Assembly (NCBI RefSeq): GCF_020745735.1
Contig: NC_083440.1
Location: 3,126,517 to 3,190,516, forward strand
Reading direction: 5' to 3'
DNA from: Hemiscyllium ocellatum
Taxonomy: Eukaryota
Length of the DNA stretch: 64,000 bases
Positions 25,201-36,035 of the stretch are shown piece after piece (position 1 is the stretch's first letter; each line of letters begins with the position of its first letter). The notes under the pieces are model-generated. The model was not told the DNA's origin. It worked only from the letters and a program-made list of their open reading frames with translations, and made no database searches. Position numbers and translations under genes: made by a program.

Positions 25201-28200
25201 GGAACACAAAATGGAACTGCTGATAGGCCTTACCGTCGGCCCAGTCCCGGACGATTTTCCGGACCATGGTCGTTTTCCCGCTCCCTGCCGGCCCGCTCAC
25301 CACCACGGTCCCAGACAGGCTGCTCTTCCCGAAGCTGCTCCTGAACAACTGACCGATCCTCACGGTCTCCCACTGGGACTTGATCAGCTTCCGTTGCCCT
25401 TCCTCACGCCTCTTTCCTCTCGCGGTCAGGCTGTGCCCCGCAACGCCCCGTTCGGGACCGGAAACCACGATGACCTGTTCGGTGTAGCACTCCTCCAGAC
25501 AGAACCGCTCCCTCTTCCCACCGACAGTGTCGACCCAGAAGTCCTCACTGGCTCGAAGGAGGAAGCTTTTGTATTGGGTCTGGACATCTTGAAGCGAAAA
25601 TGCAAGTTGTTATAAAGACTGGAATAAGTCAGGAACATAATCAAAAAAGACGAGTTGGACGCTGGCGTTTCTAATTCGGGGACAGAATATCGCCTGGTCT
25701 AGAGGGAGGGTCTAATGAGGAAAGGCCGAGGGACTGGGAGCTGTTCTCCTTAGAGAGGAGGAGGTTGGGAGGTGACTTCACTGGGACGTATAAGATAATC
25801 CGAGGGTTAGATAGGGTGGACAGGGAGAGCCTTTTCCCTCAGGTGGTGATGGCCAACACGAGGGGGTGTAGCTTTAAACCGAGGGGTGATAGATCGAGGG
25901 CAGATGTCAGGTGGAGGTTCTTTACTCAGACAGTAGTGGGGGAGGGGTGGGGGGGGGGGGGGTGGAACGCCCGTCCTGTAACAGGACGAGACTCGCCAAC
26001 TTTAAGGGCCATTGGACAGGCAGATGGAGGAGAATGGGATAGTATAGGTTAGATGGGCTTCGCATTGGGTCAGCACGACATTGAGGGGCCAAAGGGCCTG
26101 GACTGGGCTGGAATGGTCTATGTTCTAGAAGTCCAATGGGATACAGGTTGTTAATGTTTTATTAATAAAATTAGAGCATTTTAAGTCACATAGCGGGGGG
26201 TAATCATGGTGTTAAGAATTAAAGTGCACGCGAGAGACAGATGATAAAATTAGATAATAATATAATCTAGGGATAAAATAAATTTTTAAAAGTTCCAATT
26301 TCTGAACAGGTTTTAAAGGGGATCTTTTAAGATTTTCAATCCATTTCCCTAGTTGGCTTACACCAATCCCTGAGCCTCTCTAAATCTTCAGTGGGCCTCA
26401 GGCGAAGCAGTGTGCATGATTCCTGCCTTCTATCTGGGTTGCTTTGGGGTTGGTGATGTCATTTCCTGTGGTGATGTCATTTCCGGTTCCTTTTCTCAGG
26501 GGGGTGGTAGATGGCGTCTAACTCGATGCGTTTGTTGGCCGAGTTCTGGTTGGAATGCCATGGTTTTAGGAATTCTCGTGCGGGTCTCTGGTTGGCTGGT
26601 CCTGGGATGGATGTGTTGGCCTAGAAACCCTAACCCCTCTCCCCCTACATCAAAGACAGCTCGGAAATGACCAAATTGCCTGACCAATCAGACCCCTTGG
26701 CATCATGGTAGCCCGCAAACCCACCAACACGCTAAAACAGCAGCTAGGGAACGTGAATGACCCTAGACAGACAACAAGCAGAACTAATGTCATTCACAAA
26801 ATACCGTGCAAGGACTGTAACACACACTACATTGGACAAACAGGCAGTAAACTAGCCACAAAAAGACATGACCCTCTCTCACTAGTATCCTCACACTCGC
26901 ATGGGGAAGGACCCCACTTCGACTGGGACAACACATCCATCCCGGGACAAGCCAAACAGCGACACGCGCGAGAATTCCTAGAAGCCTGGCGTTCCAACTG
27001 GAAACTCTCCCAACAAACACATCGAGTTGGACCACCCCCTGAGAAAAGGAGCAGGAAGTGACCTCAGCACAGGAAATGACATCGCCAACCCAAAGAGACC
27101 AACCGAAAGCTGGGCGTCTCAGCTGATGTTGATATTGGGGAATTCAGTGGAAGGAATCCAGTGCAGGTCCAGCTGCCGTGACTTCCTCTGGCTGGGGGCT
27201 GGTCTTCCTCGGTTCTGGTGTGGACCATCAATGTTGGATGTGACTCATCGCCCAAACCCTGGACACTCTCCAGGTCCCGGGCCACGGACTGCTTTGAGTC
27301 ACGAAAGGTGCTGACCGTTGTCTAATCGTCGGCGAGCGTGCCTTTCTGACCCAGGGATGGGCATCGATGAAGCAGCTGAAAGGGGTTGGGCCTAGGAGAC
27401 TACCCTGAGGGAGTCCTGCAAAGATGTCCCTGGGGCTCAGATGGAAGCCGTCGAAAACGTTGCGACTTCCAATTTCATGTTGCTGATCTTGGTTGATGAC
27501 TGAAAGAATTGAACTCATATACAACAGGAAAACAGAAACTCAGCCATCTGTTGATGTTGAGGTGGGTTATCTTAGCCCCAGCTTAATTACCCCAGGATGG
27601 GGACAGCCAATGAGACATGGTGAAGCCAAGACGCTGTGGTATATTGAACTGTGCTCGGTTATTAGGGTCCACCAACTTAAAAAGTCTTAGTTTCCAAATA
27701 AACACCATTGTGGGTGTCAGATGGGAGAGTGAGAATCAGGTCTGAGCGACAGGGAGAGGCTGAACAGGCTGGGGCTGTTTTCCCTGGAGCGTCGGAGGCT
27801 GAGGGGTGACCTTATAGAGGCTTATAAAACCATGAGGGGTATGGATAGGGTAAATAGACAAAGTCTTTTCCCCCTGGGGTGGGGGAGCCCAGAACTAGAG
27901 GGGCATAGGTTTAGGGTGAGAGGGGAAAGGGACCTAAGGGGTAACTTTTTCCCCCAGAGGATGGTACGTGTATGGAATGAGCTGCCAGAGGAAGTGGTGG
28001 GGGCTGGTACAATGACAGCATTTAAAAGGTGGATGGGGACATGAATAGGAAGGGTTTAGAGGGAGATGGGCCAAGTGCTGGCACAGGGGGCTAGATTAGG
28101 TTAGGATATCTGGGACAGCATGGACGGGTTGGGCCGAAGGGCCTGTTTCCGTGCTGTACATCTCTCTGACTCTAAATGGGACTAGATTAGGTTAGGATAT

Positions 28201-31200
28201 CTGGGTCAGCATGGACGGGTTGGGCCGAAGGGCCTGTTTCCGTGCTGTACATCTCTCTGACTCTAAATGGGACTGGATGAGGTTAGGATATCTGGAACCG
28301 CATGGACGGGTTGGGCCGAAGGGCCTGTTTCTGTGCAAAAGTAGGCTACACGTATAGAGTCAGAGTCATGCAGTACGAAAGCAGACCCTTTGGTTAACTC
28401 CATCCCTGCTGACCAGCTTTCCTCATGGAACCCGTCCCTTTAGCCTACACCCACCCTAAACCTGTCCTACCCGTGTGTTCAACCACGCTCTTGAGGGAAC
28501 CGATCGAACGTTTTTGTATGAAACTACACTGGTTTGTTATCTCAGTGAATGACAGCCAAGGCTGGAAGGGCTGAATGGTCTCCTTTGTCTTTGGATCCTA
28601 AACCCTATTCCCCAGAGGCCCCGTCTCCCAGTGTGCTAGTTGCGTCTCGCATTTCAGCCCGCCATTTTCTGATGCTTTTACCTTTGAGGTAGTTGGACAC
28701 TTTGGGTTCCATTAAACTCTGGCTCACTTCCATCCGTAGGCTGGCTCCTATTGAGATAAAGTTCATGGCTTACATCTCTCAATACTTGTGCGTGTAACCA
28801 GAAACCCGTATTCGGTGTCTCGCTGTACCTTTACTCTCAATCTCTTGCAGTATGTTGCTCAGTTTGGGGTTGGTAAGTTTCATCTTGATGAATGTTTCCC
28901 ACATGACTCTCCCTGCCTGAGCTCCACTCTCCATCACCGAATCCAGGAGATGTTCCGTGGCTCGACGATGACTCCCGTCCTTCACTAGGCGTTGGATTTC
29001 CTGGAAAACAGTAGCTCAGTCACACCCTCAGCCTCTCTCTGGGTGTAGGATCGCTCGCTGAGGTGGAAGGTTCGGTTTCAGACGTTTCGTCACCCCACGC
29101 GCGGTAACATCTTCAGTGGGCCTCCGGGTGAAGCACTGTTCATGAGTCCTGCCTTCCATTTATGCGTCACTTCCTGTGACATCACCAACCCAAACACATA
29201 AGTAGAAGGCAGGAATTATCAGCAGTGCTTCACCTGAGGCCCACTGATGATGTAACCGCCCGTGGGGTGACGAAACGTCTGAAACCGAACCTTCCAGCTC
29301 AGCGAGCAAACCTACATTCAGAACCTCAACCTGAGCTACAAATCTTCTCAAAACTCTCTCTCGGTGATATCGTTAAGGGCAAAAAGACTCCTGTAATTAT
29401 CAAGTCTGTACATATTTCCCTGTGGATCAATTGAAAGGGAGCCACCGTTAGGAGAAATTGTTGCAAAAATTAAATAGATAAATTGTCCCTGATTTTTTGA
29501 TAAGCACCTATAAGTTAAATCAGACTTTCTCAGATTTGTGACGTTATTCTGTGCAATGTCATGGTATCATTTATGAAAGAGCTAGGATGGATTAGTTCTA
29601 CCTTTAGGCAACATGAGATCTGTTCAAATCTCCGTTTGTAAATTGAATTGGTTAGTCAGTGTCCACATGGAATGAGCTGCCAGAGGAAGTGGTGGGGGCT
29701 GGTACAATGACAGCATTTAAAAGGTGGATGGGGGACATGAATAGGAAGGGTTTAGAGGGAGATGGGCCAAGTGCTGGAAACATGGGGCTAGATTAGGTTA
29801 GGATATCTGGGTCAGCATGGACGGGTTGGGCCGAAGGGTCTGTTTCTGTGCTGTACATCTCTCTGACTCTAAACGGGAGTAGATTGGGTTAGGATATCTG
29901 GGACAGCATGGACAGGTTGGGCCGAAGGGCCTGTTTCGGTGCTGTACGTCTCTCTGCCTCTAAATGGGACTAGATTAGGTTAGGATATCTGGGACAGCAT
30001 GGACGGGTTGGGCCGAAGGGCCTGTTTCCGTGCTGTACATCTCTCTGGTTGAGGTGATTCAACCCCGTCTTGTCAAGCCCATTAAGGATGGGCACTGAGG
30101 CAGCCGGAACGAGGGGGGAAATAAATATTTTTGTTATAATTCTGTTTGGAGACGAATGCAGACAATCGCAAACCTCTCCCATTATTGTAGCAATGGTCCG
30201 GAGTGATTTCTTTATCCCCATTTTGACCGCAATGTTATTGACAGGAGCTGCCGATGACCAGGGGGGAGGGTGGGATGTTTAATCCCTGACCCCGAGGTGT
30301 TGAGGGCTCTGCCTGACTGTAACAAGAAGGGGGGAGATGTGAAGGTGGGGAGGTGTCTGTGATCTGCCTCCGGCTCATCGAGAGCGCGGTGACGGAGCTG
30401 TGTTCCCTCTCTCACAGAGTCTGTCCTCAGCTCCCCCGCGACTGGAGGGGTTTCAGAAATTCAGAGATTGTTCAGTTCCAGTTAACGGCGCTAACGTGCT
30501 GACCAGCGTCCGGGAGCCAGGGGGGGGGGGTCTGTTCCAACACCGACAGTGCCTGAGGAAAGGTCGGATATCAGAGGGGGAACACGCCTCATCATCGTTC
30601 GCCCGCTCTGCTCCCTCCTGCCTTCCCAAACCAACACTGGGACCGTTCTCTGGTCAAAATCCCGTCCTGAGCATTCGAAACAGCACGCGTGTGATTAACA
30701 GATAGCCCTCATTTCTTAAGAGGACAGTGAGACTTCAGACAAAAGGGAAATAAAATTGCCAGGTCGAGGAAACAAAGCTGTTGCGTTCAAAAGGTTGGGT
30801 GGGGTGGGTGATCAGCAGAACATGAGATTGAACAACTGAGCCTACCCTGTAGAGATCTTCATGTGACTTTATCTTGTGCAGTATCATCAGGGAGACAGCT
30901 TCGATATACTCCTCAATTGCCTCTTCGATCCTCTGTCGGTAAAATTCAGTCACTCTGCGGAGAGTGATGTCAGTATAACCCCTCAAGGTCTGTCTGATAG
31001 CAGCACTGGGATCTGGAAAAACATAATTAAAAACAGGCATCAAAAAAACGCAGCGGGCCAGGCTGTGTCCGTGGGGAAGGGGGAACATCTCGAGTCCACT
31101 GTGAGTCTTCTTCAGAGCTGAAGAGAGAAGCAGGGGGGGCTGCAGCGTTCGTCACTGGAGAGAAAGGAGAGGAGCAGGAGGATAAAATTGGTGACTTGTC

Positions 31201-34200
31201 AACAGTACGACATTGGCTGGGAAAGGGTCTGCGATGCGATGACAGCTATTTTAGAAAGAGGGGACCGTCCTCTCGTTCGTGAAGTCAAACATGAATAGGC
31301 AGAATTAAACCCGAAATCAGAACCGGGAATCGTTGTGACCGCAGACTCCCGACAGAGTGGAAACAGGCAAAACAAATACGCAGCCACCCAGACCCATTCC
31401 CCCACCCTATTACTCTGCATTTCCACCTGACCTATCCACCCTAACCTGCACATCCCTGGGCACTATGGGACAATTTCCCATGGCCAATCCCACCCTAACC
31501 TGCACATCCCTGGGCACTATGGGACAATTTCCCATGGCCAATCCACCCTAACCTGCACATCCCTGGGCACTATGGGACAATTTCCCATGGCCAATCCACC
31601 CTAACCTGCACATCCCTGGGCACTATGGGACAATTTCCCATGGCCAATCCACCCTAACCTGCACATCCCTGGGCACTATGGGACAATTTCCCATGGCCAA
31701 TCCACCCTAACCTGCACATCCTGGGCACTATGGGACAATTTCCCATGGCCAATCCACTCTAACCTGCACATCCTGGGCACTATGGGACAATTTCCCATGG
31801 CCAATCCACCCTAACCTGCACATCCTGGGCACTATGGGACAATTTCCCATGGCCAATCCACCCTAACCTCCACATCCCTGAGCACTATGGGACAATTTCC
31901 CATGGCCAATCCACCCTAACCTGTACATCCCTGGGCACTATGGGACAATTTCCCATGGCCAATCCACCCTAACCTCCACATCCCTGGGACACTATGGGAC
32001 AATTTCCCATGGCCAATCTACCCTAACCTGCACATCCCTGGGCACAATGGGACAATTTCCCATGGCCAATCCACCCTAACCTGTACATCCCTGGGCACTA
32101 TGGGACAATTTCCCATGGCCAATCTACCCTAACCTGCACATCCCTGGGCACAATGGGACAATTTCCCATGGCCAATCTACCCTAACCTGCACATCCCTGG
32201 GCACAATGGGACAATTTCCCATGGCCAATCCACCATAACCTGCACATCCCTGGGACACTATGGGACAATTTCCATGGCCAATTCACGCTAACCTGCACAT
32301 CCCTGGGCACTATGGGACAATTTCCCATGGCCAATCCACCTAAACTTGCACATCTCTGGGACACTATGGGACAATTTCCCATGGCCAATCCACCATAACG
32401 TACACATCCCTGGGCACTATGGGACAAATTCCCAAGGCCAATCCACCATAACGTACACATCACTGGGCACTATGGGACAATTTCCCAATCCCAATCCACC
32501 CAAACCTGCACATCCCTGGGCACTATGGGACAATTTCCCAATCCCAATCCACCCAAACCTGCACATCCCTGGGCACTATGGGACAATTTCCCATGGCCAA
32601 TCCACCCTAACCTGCACATCCCTGGGCACTATGGGACAATTTCCCAATCCCAATCCACCCAAACCTGCACATCCCTGGGCACTATGGGACAATTTCCCAT
32701 GGCCAATCCACCATAACCTGCACATCCCTGGGCACTATGGGACAATTTCCCATGGCCAATCCACCCTAACCTGCACATCCCTGGGCACTGTGGGCCAATT
32801 TCCCATGGCCAATCCACCATAACATGCACATCCCTGGGCACTATGGGACAATTTCCCATGGCCAATCCACCCTAACCTGCACATCCCTGGGCACTATGGG
32901 ACAATTTCCCATGGACAATCCCACCCTAACCTGCACATCCCTGGGCACTATGGGACAATTTCCCATGGCCAATCCCACCCTAACCTGCACATCCCTGGGC
33001 ACTATGGGACAATTCCCCATGGCCAATCCACCCTAACCTGCACATCCCTGGGCACTATGGGACAATTTCCCATGGCCAATCCCACCCTAACCTGCACATC
33101 CCTGGGCACTATGGGACAATTTCTCATGGCCAATCCACACTGACCTGCACATCCCTGGGCACTATGGGACAATATCCCATGGCCAATCCACCCTAACCTG
33201 CACATCCCTGGGCACTATGGGACAATTTCCCATGGCCAATCCACCCTAACCTGCACATCCCTGGGCACAATGGGACAATTTCCCATGGCCAATCCACCCT
33301 AACCTACACATCCCTGGGCACTATGGGACAATTTCCCATGGCCAATCCCACCCTAACCTGCACATCCCTGGGCACTATGGGACAATTTCCCATGGCCAAT
33401 CCCACCCTAACCTACACATCCCTCGGCACTATGGGACAATTGCCCATGGCCAATCCACACTAACCTGCACATCCCTGGACACTATGGGACAATTTCCCAT
33501 GGCCAATCCACCCTAACCTGCACATCCCTGGACACTATGAGACAATTTCCCATGGCCAATCCACCCTAACCTGCACATCCCTGGGCACTATGGGACAATT
33601 TCCCATGGCCAATCCACCCTAACCTGCACATCCCTGGGCACTATGGCATAATTTCCCATGGCCAATCCCACCCTAACCTGCACATCCCTGGGCACTATGG
33701 GACAATTTCCCATGGCCAACCCACCCTAACCTGCACATCCCTGGGCACTATGGGACAATTTCCCATGGCCAATCCACCCTAACCTGCACATCCCTGGGCA
33801 CTATGGGACAATTTCCCATGGCCAATCCCACCCTAACCTGCACATCCCTGGACACTATGGGACAATTTCCCATGGCCAATCCACCCTAACCTGCACATCC
33901 CTGGGCACTATGGGACAATTTCCCATGGCCAATCCACCTTAACCTGCACATCCCTGGGCACAATGGGACAATTTCCCATGGCCAATCCACCCTAACCTGC
34001 ACATGTTTGGACTGTGGGAGGAAACTGGAGCTAACCCACACAGATCAGGAGGGGGGCGGAGAATGCTCAAATTCCACACAGACCGTCTCCCCTGAGGGTG
34101 GGATCGAACCCAGGTCCCTGGTGCTGGGAGGCAGCAGTGGTTCCCACTGAGGCACCGTGCCACCCTGTGTTCTGCTGGAAGGTGACAGTGGATGCAGGTT

Positions 34201-35611
34201 GTATATATATATAATATTAGATTAGATTACTTACAGTGTGGAAACAGGCCCTTCGGCCCAACAAGTCCACACCGAACCGCCGAAGCGCAACCCACCCATA
34301 ACCCTACGTTTACCCCTTTACCTAACACTACGGGCAATTTAGCATGGCCAATTCACCTGACCCGCACATCTTTGGGTTGTGGGAGGAAACCGGAGCACCC
34401 GGAGGAAACCCACGCAGACACGGGGAGAACATGCAAACTCCACACAGACAGTCGCCTGAGTCGGGAATTGAACCCAGGTCCCTGGCGCTGGGAGGCAGCA
34501 GTGCTAACCACTGTGCCACCGTGCCACCCACCAAGCAGCTTTGAAAAGTGTGAACGGGAGAGCCCGGGCAGATACCTGTGTCCGGCTGATCCAACGCCTC
34601 GGCCATGTCAGAGGTGAACGTCCACTTTGCTTTTTTCACCGGCGTTGTTTCCTGTCCGAATGTCGGCTGCGGCTCATTGGCTGTTCGGAATTTGGAACCT
34701 ATCTGCCTATCCACGTCCTTTCCCGTCTGTCCCAGATTCCTATCCGTGTCTTCGGAACCTAGTTCCATATTGTCAGACGAGTCCGACCTGGTGGGAGTGG
34801 CCTGGCTTTGTTTGCTGGGGGCCTGGTGCTCATCGATGGTGATGGAGCCAGGGTCCCGATAACTGAGACGGCTGGCTCCGTTACCTCCCGCGACGCTCTC
34901 CATCCTTTCCCCCCTCCACTGACTGAAGTCGCCGCCTTTATCCCACGGGAGGGCGGGGGCCTCTCTCTCGCTCCCGGCAGCTGAACCACGCCAACGTCCG
35001 GCACCCCCGAAGATCCAGCCTCTCCCCGGCTTGCCCACCCTGCCAGGCTCGGGTCCGGGCCGCGTTCGGTCGGCGCCACCCATGCCAGCCTCTTCCTTCC
35101 TCCCCCAGCCCAACGTCCAGAGGGAGCGTCTCGCCGGGCCCTCCTGTCCTTGCTCCTCTGCCCCGCGGGCTGCAGGAGGGCCGGGGTCCTGGCTGGGCAT
35201 CCGGTTCCAGGGAGGGGCGAGGTTCCGAGGGAACGCATCCCAAAGCCGGGGGAGACTGGGGAAGGTGAAGGTGAAGCCCTTCGACTTGCCACTGGCTGCC
35301 CGGTCCACATCTGTCTGCTCTGCGCGCGCTGAGCTGGAATACAAGGTCCCGGCCAGGGGATCCAGTTCCACGCTCGGTGTGCCCGCGGCCGGTGCCACCC
35401 TCCCGCTGGTCTGGGCTGCACCGCCAGACGAGGGAGGCCACACCGTCGGGTCAAACACCGTCCCGAACCCCGGGGCTGTCCCGTGAGCCGACGTACCCTC
35501 CCCCGACTCTGAGGCGCTGCTGTCTGTTTGGGGAAACGCAGCGGGGACGCTGCTCCTGCCTCTCGTTTTCCTGGTGGGTTTGTCACCTCGGGAACGGCGC
35601 CGGCTGAACAT
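10087..35611 (-). CDS. Multi-exon NLR immune receptor: N-terminal extension + CARD + NACHT + RI-type LRRs (shark NLRC3/NLRP3-like family), about 1312 aa
   Basis: Exons 35611-34576, 31012-30846, 29000-28829, 28747-28682, 25587-23841, 20808-20722, 20610-20440, 20344-20174, 15642-15475, 10240-10087. All are GT-AG with matching phases (1,0,1,1,2,2,2,2,2). Total 3939 nt is divisible by 3. Confidence 0.88.
11188..11596. other. Assembly gap
   Basis: N run. Confidence 0.99.
11628..11771. mobile_element. Degraded palindromic PLE-terminus element (same family as 6694-6852)
   Basis: TGCTGGAAAAGC.../...GCTTTTCCAGCA arms. Hammerhead cores are decayed. Confidence 0.7.
11853..12770 (-). mobile_element. 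CR1 subfamily A 3' fragment with repeated tail, nested in the older CR1
   Basis: ORF 12157-12516 is nearly identical to the other subfamily A copies. Confidence 0.92.
13945..14252 (-). mobile_element. Intact, unexpanded tRNA-derived V-domain SINE (HE1-like)
   Basis: A/B-box-like head (GGTTCAATTCC), V-domain GTGTGGAGTTTGCAC...TTTCCTCCCACAGTCCAAAG, and CR1-like tail. It splits the YLDFSK motif of the host CR1, with a short ATTTT duplication. Confidence 0.9.
15475..15642 (-). CDS. NLR LRR exon, 168 nt (LEGNGI...LTEVNLSGNLLTD...LQTIG)
   Basis: CAG acceptor, GTAAG donor, phase 2-2, LxxLxLxxNxL repeats. Confidence 0.9.
16165..16878 (+). mobile_element. CR1 LINE 3' fragment (subfamily C)
   Basis: ORF 16069-16809 from DLGV to IKGYG, plus the 3' UTR. 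Confidence 0.93.
17070..17490 (+). mobile_element. CR1 subfamily A 3' fragment
   Basis: [21 protein letters not shown] plus the shared diagnostic indels. Confidence 0.9.
17626..17803. mobile_element. Degraded palindromic PLE-terminus element with perfect outer inverted repeats of about 26 bp
   Basis: AGGTGAGAGAGCGTGGCGCTGGAAGA ... TCTTCCAGCGCCACGCTCTCTCACCT. The inner hammerhead-like parts are mutated. Confidence 0.7.
17970..18647 (+). mobile_element. V-domain SINE with about 8 internal 53-bp tandem units
   Basis: B-box-like GGTTCAATC, V-domain, array at about 18110-18527, (AATCT)3 tail. Confidence 0.9.
18775..20100 (-). mobile_element. CR1 LINE RT/3' fragment, frameshifted
   Basis: [35 protein letters not shown] and WQMEFN. 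Confidence 0.92.
20174..20344 (-). CDS. NLR LRR exon, 171 nt
   Basis: SLTSLNLNKNKLGDRGIRLV; CAG/GTAAG; phase 2-2. Confidence 0.92.
20440..20610 (-). CDS. NLR LRR exon, 171 nt
   Basis: LSSNGI...SLTQLNLSRNKLGDTGMTDLCEALSSPQCKIQSL; CAG/GTAAG. Confidence 0.93.
20722..20808 (-). CDS. NLR LRR exon, 87 nt
   Basis: LRGNNLTDDGVNLLSETLKREDCKIQQL; TAG/GTGAGT. Confidence 0.92.
20890..20985 (+). mobile_element. Solo PLE terminus with an intact hammerhead motif (20890-20921)
   Basis: CC-CTGATGA-A-GGGC TTTT GCCC-GAAA-CGTC-GG, followed by GATGCTGCCTGAACTGCTGTGCTCTTCCAGC. Confidence 0.8.
21485..22605 (+). mobile_element. V-domain SINE with about 16 internal 53-bp units
   Basis: V-domain at about 21510-21600, array at about 21600-22470, CR1-like tail. 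Confidence 0.9.
23130..23832 (+). mobile_element. CR1 LINE 3' fragment ending about 10 nt from the NACHT exon donor
   Basis: [28 protein letters not shown] 3' UTR, (CTATTGT)n tail. Confidence 0.92.
23841..25587 (-). CDS. NLR NACHT exon (1747 nt): FISNA-like region, NACHT, HD1/WHD/HD2, first LRR
   Basis: Walker A GPAGSGKTT, Walker B LLFILDSLEEF, sensor-1 LLTTRP, WHD FVHVTLQEFMAA, FLRFTAGLSS. AAG acceptor at 25590-25588; AG|GTACGT donor. Confidence 0.96.
25700..26130 (+). mobile_element. Degraded CR1 3' fragment
   Basis: YKIIRGLDRVDRESLFP...TRG...FFTQ, plus tail. Confidence 0.8.
26385..27105 (+). mobile_element. Penelope-like element fragment (GIY-YIG endonuclease) with an inverted copy of its 3' part at 26385-26622
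   Basis: NVIHKIPCKDCNTHYIGQTG...FDWDNT...AREFLEAW. 26385-26622 is the reverse complement of about 26930-27100 plus the terminus. Confidence 0.88.
27130..27480 (-). mobile_element. Old LINE RT remnant
   Basis: AGLPQGSLLGPTPFSCFID motif. Confidence 0.65.
27740..28336 (+). mobile_element. CR1 subfamily A 3' fragment with triple tail
   Basis: Same diagnostic sequence as 2510-3297. Confidence 0.92.
28682..28747 (-). CDS. NLR CARD-NACHT linker exon, 66 nt (GASLRMEVSQSLMEPKVSNYLK)
   Basis: TAG acceptor, G|GTAAAA donor, phase 1-1, open frame. Confidence 0.82.
28829..29000 (-). CDS. NLR CARD exon 2 (EIQRLVKDGSHRRATEHLLDSVMESGAQAGRVMWETFIKM...LQEIESK)
   Basis: TTTTCCAG acceptor, G|GTACAG donor. CARD-like LLDxVxxxG motif. 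Confidence 0.9.
29053..29355. mobile_element. Palindromic Poseidon-type PLE-terminus element with two hammerhead motifs (same family as 7198-7515)
   Basis: Inverted arms at 29053-29308. Cores at 29079-29118 (-) and 29242-29281 (+). Confidence 0.85.
29666..30047 (+). mobile_element. CR1 subfamily A terminal fragment with triple tail
   Basis: TGGAATGAGCTGCC...AAAAGGTGGATGGGG plus 3 tails. Confidence 0.9.
30846..31012 (-). CDS. NLR CARD exon 1 (DPSAAIRQTLRGYTDITLRRVTEFYRQRIEEAIEEYIEAVSLMIL...)
   Basis: TTTTCCAG acceptor, AGG|GTAGG donor. The T.FYR.R.E.AIE motif is one I recognise from shark NLR N-terminal CARDs. Confidence 0.88.
31343..34165 (-). mobile_element. V-domain SINE with about 48 internal 53-bp units (array at about 31435-34003)
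   Basis: Head at 34005-34165 with A-box-like GTGGCACGGTG and B-box GGTTCGATCCC. Tail at about 31343-31435. Confidence 0.92.
34217..34529 (-). mobile_element. Intact, unexpanded V-domain SINE
   Basis: Near-identical to 13945-14252. (AATCT)n tail. Confidence 0.92.
34576..35611 (-). CDS. NLR first coding exon: 345 aa low-complexity region ending ...DMAEALDQPDT
   Basis: Donor CAG|GTATC at 34575 is in phase with the CARD exon. ATG 35611 is in GCCAACATG context after an in-frame TAA (35650-35648). Strong acceptor TTTGTCCTTTTCTTTCTGTGTAG at 35998. Alternative start at ATG 34606. Confidence 0.62.
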
Positions 35612-36035
35612 GTTGGCGTGGAGGCGCCGAACGCATCGGCGTTCGGATTATTGACAGGGCCCACCGTCTGTTCCGCGTTCACTCTCCTCTCGTTGTCGGT
35701 CACACATGATTCAGCGCACGACAAACTCCCGGACGGGCCCCCTCAGAGTCGGCAGCCCTGGAAGGGGTGGGGCCACCCTGACTCAGATTTCCTTCGAACC
35801 CAGGGTTTGACCGGGCAATACGTCTTTTCTCTTCCCCCAAATGGATGCTGCGGCGCAGAAACGAAGACGAGGAAATATTTTACTGCAGGATCTCAGGCTT
35901 TCGTGATGATATCGTGCGATCGGTTCATCTGTGTCTTCCTGGTGACCAGAACATGATTCCAAAATGTTGGACCCGAACCCAGCAGGTCCAGGACCGTCTA
36001 CACAGAAAGAAAAGGACAAAACTATTAGTCAAACA

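Noticed and set aside
34080-34165. tRNA gene (A/B boxes)
   Set aside because: It is a SINE head followed by a V-domain; no cloverleaf.
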